Assembly: GCA_963693365.1 (NCBI GenBank) | Contig: CAVNZM010000006.1 | Span: 1,922,001-1,986,000, forward strand | Source of the DNA: Amoebidium appalachense | Taxonomy: Eukaryota > Protista > Ichthyosporea | Direction of reading: 5' to 3' | DNA length: 64,000 bases | Part shown: one piece after another, positions 29,561-64,000 of the stretch | Layout of the letters: every line of letters starts with the position of its first letter | How positions within the stretch are numbered: the first letter of the stretch is position 1 | Position numbers and translations under genes: made by a program | The notes under the pieces: model-generated | The model's input: the letters and a program-made list of their open reading frames with translations, nothing else | The model's database searches: none | Told to the model about the DNA's origin: nothing

Positions 29561-30940
29561 ACGGACCCACAAGTACACGCACACTCACAGGCGCACATCC
29601 ACCACCACACATCCACCACCACCATAATAGAAACTTATTGACCACACTTCCAAAACCCATTTCCAAGTCCCCCCCCCCCTAAAAAAAAAATAAAAAATAA
29701 TAAAACAAAACCCTACCAAGCCAACCCAAAAAATGCCCAAGCACGTGCATACAAAACAATGGGGACCATTTACACACCCAAAATGCAGTGCACACTTGCC
29801 TGAAGGCACATGTCCAGCGTAACCATTTTTGTCACCAAACGCCGAGAACTTAGCCGCCTGCTCCTCTGGGGGAAGTTCTGTCAGGCGCTGGTCGTGGGGG
29901 CGGAAATCGTTACGCTTTTTGAGTTCATACTTGGTCCAATGCAGCGCCCTCGAGTAATACAGGAGCCGCTGCTCGTCGTATCGCTGCTTGTGGAGCTCCG
30001 AGAGGAGGGTGGCAAAGGCGTTTGGGCCCACACCTTTGTCTGCCAGTGCACGCAACAATGTTACCACCTTTAGGTCGAGCCCACTGCGGTGGCTAAGGTA
30101 GGCCGGAAACTGATCACGCATGAAGAGTGGAAGGCGTTTAATTGTCTGGGGGTTTGTGCCGGCAAAGTTTTTTTTGCATGTGTCACAAAAGTACCGGGCC
30201 GTGATAATGTAGTAGCAGCTGTCAAAGTCGATAACACGCCGTCCTACGGGGTTGCTCATGAACCCATTGCGAGAAGTACGGTGTGGGTTGGGGTGGTTGT
30301 GGGGGTCCACGTAGTGATCATCGAAGGGGCACGGCACCATGAAACCGGGAGACAACCTTTCCGGAAGCCAGGCAAAACATCTGGGTTTGTAGAAAGGCGC
30401 TGGATCGCCCCCAAATTTAAAGCCTATAATGGGAGGTGGAAGATGCCACCCCACAGGCGTCTTCTCATCTTTGAGACTCTCTTTCACTGTGTGCAGGTGC
30501 GACTTGATTGTTTCGCCCGCCGCGTCAGAAAACTCCTCTCCACCGTCATCCCCGTCCGTATTATCTTCTCCCTCTTCCTCCCCTTCATCCTCGTCTACCC
30601 GGTACGCATCTGCTGCTGCATTTAGCAAAGGTTCCTCGTCGGGTTGCACCTGTATGTCTGGTGGGTGTGGAGCAGGGGCCCGATCCATTTCTCTTGGTAA
30701 CGAATGGACGCTACCTGCCTCAACTACACGGGCCCTTATGTCGGCGGCCTTAGATAGAGGGGGCTGTTCGGGTTGTACGTTTACGTTTAGTTCCTGCAAA
30801 ACAGCTTTGTTTGCCGTCCCAAAACCTGCAAAGTTCTGAACAAATGCAGCATCTTTTTTTTTGCGCCCAGCTCCCTCCCTAGCTCCGCCTGTTTTATGCC
30901 CAGGGCGCTGTGTTGTGCCCTTAGGGCAGCCTGGCTTCAT
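23067..30940 (-). CDS. ~1535-aa DUF6729-type DDE(DxxH) transposase-like protein with an inserted WRN-like DEDDy 3'-5' exonuclease and a C-terminal Cys knuckle; 6 exons
   Basis: Exons 30940-29800, 28843-28655, 27658-26828, 26388-25748, 25287-25081, 24665-23067 give 4608 nt in one open frame. N-terminal basic GGAREGAGRKKK; Cys-rich PCP...YFCDTC...FPAYLSHRSG region. Putative catalytic ADHTF (D 28740-42), YTDRCC (D 27537-39), NDAFH (25865-76), RGTNEVEG (E 24537-39). Exonuclease motifs GLDCEW, KVGKQIGTD, YAALDA. C-terminal KTCKTC..CPG....C. Confidence 0.85.
23067..30940 (-). mobile_element. Probable DNA transposon or domesticated transposase locus; element ends not identified
   Basis: Intact DDE/DxxH transposase-like gene lying between two housekeeping genes. 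No convincing TIR or TSD found by eye, so coordinates cover the CDS only. Confidence 0.55.
27747..28050. repeat. Degenerate ~38-bp minisatellite (CCCCAAACCCATGTGCCCACA...) in transposase intron 2
   Basis: About six variants of CCCC(T)AAACCCATGTGCCCACATACTTTCCCC between 27747 and 28050. Confidence 0.75.
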
Positions 30941-31110
30941 TTTAAACACTTGGGGCCTGGCCCCCTGCCCCCCCTAGTGCGACTACGTTACCGCAAACAT
31001 TCCCGTATTCCAGTGTGCTCGGCAATGCTGCTCATGGCCTTCCCGGACTGGTTGTGACCAGTAAAGAGCGCGCCAATTCCTGACCGCCGCCTACAGCAGT
31101 GTATGATCTG

Positions 31111-31760
31111 TTATCCATATTCGGCAAAAGGGGTCTTGCCCAACCAATGGCTTGAATCCTTGTAACTTTGCTTTATCCATATAAGGTTAGCTGAACACCC
31201 CCCCTCCAATCATACCCCCCCCTTCTCTCTAGTAGTAGCTCCTGGCATGCCGCACCCCCCCAAAAAACGGTGCTTCCCCCAACCCGAAACCAAATTCCAG
31301 TGAACCAATCAGGGCATGCTTTCGCACACATGGTTATAATAGGCTATTATTAGGAATTTGAAATTACAAAACGGATTGGATGCGGCTGCACCTGAATTTC
31401 TGGAAAGCGTGAGTCGAATTGGCGTGCACCAATCGTAAAGCTCTTCTATTTCGGGTCTGCTTTGCTCCCCATATAAGGTAATACCTTTCAAATGCGCATA
31501 GGTAACTTTCTTTAAGGCACACCTGGAAAAAATATCAGTTATTCTAAAGTTAATTCAGATTTCATGTCACAAAGCCATCGTAAAACAATAACCACAATTA
31601 AAAAATAAAAAATAAACAAAACATTTACCTTTGCACATTGTTATGTCTTGTACACTGCTGGCTAACCTCTGTACATTCATGAGCTATTTCTGAGGGACAT
31701 AAAATTAAAGTTACTTGAGCACTCGAGAGTGTTAACGGCGCCTTTATGACGTCACATGCA
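31111..31760. promoter_or_regulatory. Motif-rich divergent promoter: two perfect CArG boxes, several CCAAT boxes and a CRE
   Basis: CCATATAAGG at 31177-31186 and 31469-31478; CArG-like CCATATTCGG at 31115-31124; CCAAT/ATTGG at 31144, 31206, 31305, 31375, 31418, 31429; TGACGTCA at 31747-31754. Confidence 0.5.
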
Positions 31761-32516
31761 TATGATCCGGCCGTGCGTCACCAGACTGACTGAGGTGCAC
31801 CCGACGCCGCGACGGTCATCGACTGGAAGATGTACATAGACAGGAAATATTGACCGTATAAACATGAAGGAAAATGCAGCCGCTTCTTTTCGACCAGGGG
31901 GTAAAAGTATCAGGAATAATACAGTAGAAAAATTTTCTCGCCTATTGCGGAGCTTTTTTGGCCTGCATACTTGCCGCTCGACAGGACTGGAGGATTATCC
32001 CACGGCCCTCTTTTCAGAGGGCCGTGATTATCCCAACAATCATAAACAAGTCTATTCTGATTGGCTCACGACTTGCAAACAGTTTCGATGCATACTAATG
32101 CAGAATACTCCCTCCACTCAAAAATAATGGAAAGTGTAGAAAAGCGCTGTTTATGGGCACCAAAAAACTCAAATTCAAACATTGTGCAACAATATTTTTA
32201 ACTTAACGGAAAATGGGATGTTTCATACAATGATGAAAGACAAGTGCGTTTATTTTTGGGAATGTCCCAGGCCCAGATCTTCAATGGAATGCAACGTGCT
32301 GCATACCCGCGATAAGCCTGCAGCGCCGTTGCCAATAAAAGAAGGCGAAAAGTTTGCACAGCCTGACATACTGCAGACACAAGCTTGCCAGTGAAAACCC
32401 AAAAACACAACCCCACTCGGTGCTCAGCACACACACAAGCTTGCGAGCAATCGCATGCCTTACATATCCTACTTTCTTGTGTGTATAACAAGCGAAATAA
32501 CGTACAGAATAGCAAC

Positions 32517-33125
32517 ATGACATCACCTAAGCTTGCCCATACGACCTCAAAATGTCGTAGTTGCCACGCACACAGGCGCATTGCCTGCGACGGTTCCCAT
32601 CAAGACTGCAGGAAATTCAAGCTATTCAAACTTGGTTTGGCCGAGCCAAAAAACTCGAAGGTGTGCACAAAGTCCATGAAACGCACTCACGCACAAAGTG
32701 AGAGATACAGCACTAAGCAAGCATCTCTCAACCCTAATATTAGCTGTGTTCCCACCCCGCCTATCCGCACGCCGCCGCTTCAACCTCAAAATTCGTTCGG
32801 TGGATGTTATTCGTCGCCCCGGAGCACATATAGCGAAATGTCCCCCTATTCTCCTACCCTATCATCCGCGTGCCCTCCGCTCACCCGTGCCCCAAGTGGC
32901 ACCGACTGGGAAGAATCAACCTACTACGAATATTACCAACCACAAACGAGTTCTTATAATAATTACTGGACCGAGTCCGCTTTCCCTGACCGACATCAAC
33001 ATTCTCGTGGTATGAATTCTGTTCGCTTTCCCGTCGAGGTGACTGTGTCTCATGTTAGTTTTCCTGCAAAGCCAATTGACGCGACTGAGCAGGGTTGTCC
33101 GTTTTGGCGGCCCGTCAGCTTCTAA
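32517..33125 (+). CDS. Intronless 202-aa protein with an N-terminal Cys cluster (CxxCx7Cx6C) and an S/P/Y-rich tail; putative transcription regulator
   Basis: ATG at 32517 gives MTSPKLAHTTSKCRSCHAHRRIACDGSHQDCRKFKLFKLG...PFWRPVSF*. Non-repetitive ORF; the motif resembles the first four Cys of a Zn2Cys6 cluster (CxxC..R+..CDG...C). Confidence 0.55.
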   Translation: MTSPKLAHTTSKCRSCHAHRRIACDGSHQDCRKFKLFKLGLAEPKNSKVCTKSMKRTHAQSERYSTKQASLNPNISCVPTPPIRTPPLQPQNSFGGCYSSPRSTYSEMSPYSPTLSSACPPLTRAPSGTDWEESTYYEYYQPQTSSYNNYWTESAFPDRHQHSRGMNSVRFPVEVTVSHVSFPAKPIDATEQGCPFWRPVSF

Positions 33126-33495
33126 TTCCACTATGCATATATATTGTTTGTAAATAGGTAGGCAGCTATGTATGCTGACAAAACGGAACAAATGCAACCA
33201 TTGAATCATTATGAATGACCATGACCTATGAGGTATTAAGTTTTTTTCTCAGCAAACTGCACATTGTCAACTCTACATGTATAAAAAGCACGTCGGCTGC
33301 TGGTCAGCTGCTTATCCGATGAACATTTGTTGCGAACTCTGAATGAATACAATGGCTATTGCTGAGCATGTGTGTGTCGTCCCTGTTCAATCTACCAGGG
33401 GGAAAAGGTGGCTCTTCCTCCCTAGATTCTCAGCATTCTCAACACAGAGTGCTGGATCCCTTGTACTACACGAATGCCTGTAACTGTGCCAACAG

Positions 33496-33558
<63 letters not shown>

Positions 33559-33563
<5 letters not shown>

Positions 33564-33676
33564 CTCGTGTATCTGCACATTTACAAGTGTGTCTGGATAG
33601 GAGCGCGCGTCCGCGCGCGTGTGTGTGTGTGAACTTGTGTATCTGCACATTTACAAGTGTGTCTCGATAGGAGCGT
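33559..33676. repeat. Two-copy ~48-bp direct repeat
   Basis: GTGAACTYGTGTATCTGCACATTTACAAGTGTGTCTSGATAGGAGCG at ~33559 and ~33629. Confidence 0.75.
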
Positions 33677-33794
33677 GGATGCATGTGCACATGCCACCAG
33701 CAGTGGGGATTATCCTTTGCATTCGAGGGAATGACCCAGCGAGTACATAAGCAAGAACCATGACACAGAGGACCAACATCAAAACTGCAAAGGG

Positions 33795-33825
<31 letters not shown>

Positions 33826-33872
33826 GGAGGGGGTAAAAAAGGCAAAAGATATATACATAATTCATGAGACGT

Positions 33873-46104
<12,232 letters not shown>

Positions 46105-46939
46105 TATATGTCCACTGTCCGTTCTCTCTCTCTGGTTTCTTCTGGACTAAACTTGTGCCCGCGCACCTTTGTATCGGCTCCGTGTTCACAGTGTTAACAC
46201 CTTGCGCCGTCCTATGCTGCCCTATTTCCTACACGTGCGTAAGCCTACAAAAAGCACTCTCTCCTATTTTTTCGATAAATCCTTGTCTTTACCCAAGCTA
46301 ACCCCACTCACGCATAGGCTATATCTACACCGCACAAAGCACAAGTTCTGTGCTTGGCTTTCGTGCAAGCTTGAGCTAACCTACAAATGTATACTTTGCA
46401 AAAACATATAATCAAGACAGTGGAGGTAAAGAGAGGGATTAATGACGTCACATGCACAGACTTCGCTTCCCTGTGAATCTTCTGCCCTGGCTGGATGACC
46501 AAACTTCAGCAGTCCTAAAAGCTTACGGTGTCCAGCGCTGAGTTTAGGTTTAGCATTTCAGTACAAGCAGGGGAACACGTGTTTATGCTTTTGCTACTAT
46601 AGCAAGTCAACACATGTCAATCATAAGCTCAAGATATACACTCTAGTGTAGCTTGGCGGAGCATCGGTGGTTTCCGGGACATTCGCACGCAGTCAAGGGC
46701 AAGCAGACTGGGTGTTTCTGTTGTTTATCGAGGGCGAGGGAAAGTTTACTTCGTTACCTTTGGTGTTACCTGTTCGCACAAGCATAATAACCATGCAAAA
46801 TACACAGGCATAGCAGACAGTGTCATTTAAACTGGAGCAGGCGTTTGTGTCTTCGAAGCACACCATTTGAGTGTCATGTTCTCTTTGTGGCCTGCCAGCA
46901 ACGAGCGCAAACAACCAACCTCGGGCGGCCGTTTCTAAA
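46105..46939. promoter_or_regulatory. Divergent promoter between PUF60 and the kinase gene, with a CRE/E-box
   Basis: Repeat-free 0.8 kb between divergent starts; ATGACGTCACATGCA at 46442-46456. Confidence 0.5.
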
Positions 46940-59846
<12,907 letters not shown>

Positions 59847-59954
59847 CTCAAAACGTCGGTGGTAGTTCTTGCAAATTCGAACATTCCCCAATGGTGTGTG
59901 TGCATGCGTACCCCTCCCCCCCCCCCCCCCCTCTTTTTGCGTGGAACCCCCCCC

Positions 59955-59985
<31 letters not shown>

Positions 59986-60794
59986 CCTTACCCCCTCCTT
60001 CATTTTCAGGGCGTATGCGAATGTTCTAACTCCCAGCCCCTTCCCTCATTCCAAGTGCAGAGGTGATTAGACCACATACCAACATATGTACTCCTTCGTT
60101 TGCACTGTATGTTATTCTGTGAGGAAATTTGTTTTTCAAGTGTAGGACAGAGAAACACGAAAAGTTCTCTCGGAGGGATAAAATGTAGACATGATAGGAT
60201 GTAAGTCATGCTTCAAGCCGATGTATGATAGTCTTTGGGTGAATGAAGGTACGTGTGCTTGCATGCATTACGCTTTTTTTTTTCCTTTTCTTTTTTTTTC
60301 TTTTTCTTCTTTTTTTTTCTGGTTTTGGGGGGGGGGGGGGGGGCTAGGGGGCTAGGATATATATTAGACAAGTGGGGCACAGACAAGAGAGAAGGTATAG
60401 ACACTATTTATAGACGCCATAAAACACCATAGGTATAGCACCATAGAACCGGGTGTTTAAATCACCGCGGTTTTTTTTTTTTTTTTTTTTTTTTTTGTTG
60501 CGGTGACACCGCTTGCATAAAAGATGATTTTGCTCTTTCTGCATGATTTTTGGCCAACACGTAGTGTGTCACATAGAAATATAAAGTTAGTTTGGCACCG
60601 TTACTGGCCGCCATATTATATAGAAATTAAAAAAAAAGTAGGAGTATTGCGTAATATATAGACAGCTATGATGCGCACTGTGACGATCCTAATAGTATGC
60701 TGTCGTTGTAAATGCTAAGATGTACCAACACTTACCGAGTTCTGGCGTTGTTGTGCCCTAATGATAGACGGTGATGACTATGTATACGCTGCCC

Positions 60795-60838
<44 letters not shown>

Positions 60839-62069
60839 CCGCCCCACCCGCCCCGCCCCGGGGCCCCTCTCCCTTCAATGGGGCCCGGGGGCCCCAAAAT
60901 TCTTGACTACTGCGACATCGATCTTGTTCCTACATGTCTATCATTTCGGAAAGCTTTCTTTCCCTGGACCGTCACGGTGTAGTTCCCGACGATGCGCTGC
61001 GGCACAACCAAATTTAGAGCCTGCATTCTGGTGCCGATCACTGCAGCTGCAGCCATGGCAAGAACATACGTGATACATGTGAAGGGATTGTAGTTCTATC
61101 CCAGACGGTACCGTATAGGTTGCATACGCTATATTTTAACCATGCAGATGGGACGAAGCAATTGAGACTGTACATGTTGTAGGGGGTAACAGTAAAGTGA
61201 TGGTTGTACTGCCAGAGTATCATGTTAAAGAAAGCCCAGAATACAAATTTAAAGGCAACACGTGAATTTCAAACAGGATCAAATACAATGAGCGTTTTGT
61301 TTTTAGATTAATTAGACTACAGAGTCATGCAGCTGAACAATCACGAATAGTCTACTTGAAGTTGCGAAGGCATAATTTGAGAGTTTCAGTGCTGGCAATT
61401 CAAGGCCAACAAATGTCCTTACGTATGTGTGTACAAATCGGTACCGTGTGCAGTTGTTTCATCAGTTCTTGCATTACGTGGGAAAAAAACGTGTGGTGGG
61501 CATACAGTATAAACGCACCTGGGTGTGCGTGAGTGCGTGCGTACGTGTGCATGTGTGTGTGCATATGTGACTTTCAATGTACAGATGAAAGAATGTGTCA
61601 ACAAACCACCTGTGGAATCAATGTGGACCAAGCGCCGTGTGCCCTAGGTGTTTGTGTGCATGCATGAGCATGCGCACGTGTTCGTCGGTGCACCGGTGCT
61701 AATCACGTGTGCGGTGACGGTAATAACACTAAACTAAATTCCGCTGCCAGCACGTTGACTTTCGAGTGCAATTGTGATACCTTGCGTTTAACTACCCAAA
61801 GTGGTTATGTACATGTGCACGTGGGTATACATATGTATGGGGGTTTACGCTGTTTACTCGAGGCAAAGAGAGATCAGTCTCAGGTATGGGGGGGTTTTGC
61901 TCGGAATATCCCCTCAGCAGTATATCATGATCACGTACATAGATGTCGGGTGATGATTATATATCAGGGTTTACTTTCTCTACGAGACACCATAAAGACT
62001 AAGAAAAATCAATTAGTTGGGGTTCCCCGTTTTCTTTCGGGCTCCCCTGGGACACTCGGTATCAGCTGG

Positions 62070-62120
<51 letters not shown>

Positions 62121-62899
62121 CACTAGAATTTTGTAATGATGTGTTTCTCAAGCCAATCAATACATCTAATAAACAGGTCGTATAGTAATACACGTGTTTA
62201 GTATAAAATCAAGGATATTGTAATTTTCAGGTAGGCTATCTTTCTGGGTGTCTGTTGTGAATGTGACGTGTGTGTGTTGCGGTATTATGTGGTCTATCAA
62301 ACTACATTTGGCGATACATGACCGTTTAAACTGGTGTGTGTGTGTGTTGTTTGGGCCATGCAAACGATGCCACCTTATACTTATTAGATCTCCACTGTAT
62401 AGCACGTGTACAGTAAAAGTGTGGTATGTGATCAATAATACCATCAGCTAGTCTAAGAGAAAGACCAATTCTACAGGAAGGTAATATCTATTTAGGTGTT
62501 ACACATTTGCGAGTGCCATATTTGGCAATATGGTTAAGGCGGTCATTGTATATAAAACGAGACATAAAGCTTAGTTTTTCAAGGTGTATATATGCTTTCA
62601 TCGGGTCTGGTGTCGTGTGGTATCTTTTTCCATTTGTTATATTGCGTAATTATCTTGTAGTTGTGTACATGTCTAATAAGTAAGTGGCAGTCCAAAGTCA
62701 CACGCACACTTTTGCGGGGTTTATTTGTATTTGTGCCCGGGGGAAAAGGAGAGAGAGAGGGAAGGAAAGAGGGGAGAGGTGAGGAGGGGACAGGTCAGAT
62801 AGAGAAGAGAGGGTGGGAGGGCAAATACTTCTTTAAGCGGCTTATGTGCTTATTGATTTTCAGCGCGAGATGGGATACTCTAGCAGCTATTGGGACCAG

Positions 62900-63250
62900 A
62901 CCATATATCGAGAGCGTTACAGGCCAGGTTTACAACAGTTGTTAGATAGAAAGGAGGCAACTTCTGCTTCAAGGAAATTTGCCAAGGGTTTAAGTGCTCT
63001 AGTTCTCTCTTTCTTGATCCAAGCGGCGAGAAGGGGTAAACCATATTCACATGCCGGGAAGACAAAAGTGCGAATAAATGTAAGTTTAATAGAAGGATGG
63101 AGGGGTGTGTCTTAAAAAATATTAGCCGAGAAGAAAGCTAACCGCTTACGAGCCAGCTCTACCCTCTTTTCGACCATATGGGAAAACATAACACCAACAG
63201 AATTAACCGGAACACCAAGATATTTGTATTCTGGAACGTATGTGCGGGTG
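62900..63250 (-). pseudogene. Decayed non-LTR retrotransposon (LINE) reverse transcriptase C-terminal/thumb fragment
   Basis: One frame reads YVPEYKYLGVPVNSVGVMFSHMVEKRVELARKRLAFFSANIF*DTPLHPSIKLTFIRTFVFPACEYGLPLLAAW, with the LINE YKYLG and ++.TFV.P..EYG motifs and an in-frame stop. Confidence 0.75.
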
Positions 63251-64000
63251 TAGGTTGGAATTAATATACACAACACATGCATTTGGGGTGTGTTCGTGCG
63301 TAATTTAGCCCATCCACATGGCAAATAGGTTCTGCCACAGAAGCAGTGCATAGTGCAAGCAGCCGGACCCCGTCACGAAGATTCCGTTCAACTGCTGCCC
63401 ATAGATGCAGGGAAGCAAATCGCCAAATTCGGGTCCTGCACACAAGGGAATTTCCGTTCAGAATTTCATATCCAAACAGCTGATGAACATATAGGAATTC
63501 CACAACTAAGCCAGAATTGCAGGGAATCATGAGCATATAAGCAGGCCAAACCTTAAACGGAATGGGTAACGAAAGGTGAGTGCAATCGAGATTGCGATCC
63601 CGGGCTACAAATGTGGATGGGCTCTCTGCAGTACTACCCCTTGAATTAATAAAATTTTAATAAAAAAAAATGCAGTTCCACTTAAGAGCCATCCACTACA
63701 TGCATATGCTTATAGAAGGCCCTACATAATAGCAAAAGGCCACACGGTATGATGGAATGCATGTGCCCATATGGCTGGATGCGAACGGAGAGATACTCTT
63801 ACGCTCTACCATTGAATGGGTGGGTGGGTGTGGGACGGAGGGATAGTGCGCTATAGGATGGCTTATTCGGTGCACGAAGGACACCCCAATGACAACCCTG
63901 TACATAGAAGCGAATGGAAGCATCTGAGCCTCCCAAATGTTCCTAAAATAGGCAAGCAGCGGCCACCAAGGGCCGGATTGGAGCTCGAACAAACGGGGAA

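Noticed and set aside
20224-31823. Possible transposon TIR pair GTCAAGGACCGTC (20224-20236) and GACGGTCATCGAC (31811-31823)
   Set aside because: An 11/13 match is expected by chance over kilobase-scale search windows, and no TSD was seen.
60915-61225. Short minus-strand ORFs after the kinase gene
   Set aside because: Short, with no motifs and no linked exons.
63260-63992. Minus-strand ORF fragments upstream of the LINE relic
   Set aside because: No RT, endonuclease or recombinase motifs could be confirmed.

Overview
Eukaryotic, intron-dense genomic DNA whose introns are packed with (CA)n, (GA)n and poly-C/poly-G tracts. Almost all ORF-track entries are microsatellite artefacts. A unicellular holozoan such as an ichthyosporean is a guess only. 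Manual exon stitching gives: (1) the 5' end of a mitochondrial AIF-like FAD oxidoreductase (-); (2) a complete 20-exon DHX35 DEAH helicase (+, ~698 aa); (3) a ~380-nt highly structured putative ncRNA between a TATA box and an oligo-T tract; (4) an intact 6-exon, ~1535-aa gene (-) encoding a DUF6729-type N-terminus plus a DDE/DxxH transposase core with a complete WRN-like DEDDy 3'-5' exonuclease inserted inside it, spliced through two GC-AG introns; (5) a divergent intronless small Cys-cluster ORF; (6) a 16-exon PUF60 (-, ~463 aa); (7) a 17-exon C1-C1-CAMK (PKD-like, no PH domain) kinase (+, ~543 aa); plus a MITE, a 3-copy intronic ~140-bp element, minisatellites and a decayed LINE. The exonuclease-transposase locus and the nearby structured RNA are the most novel-looking items.
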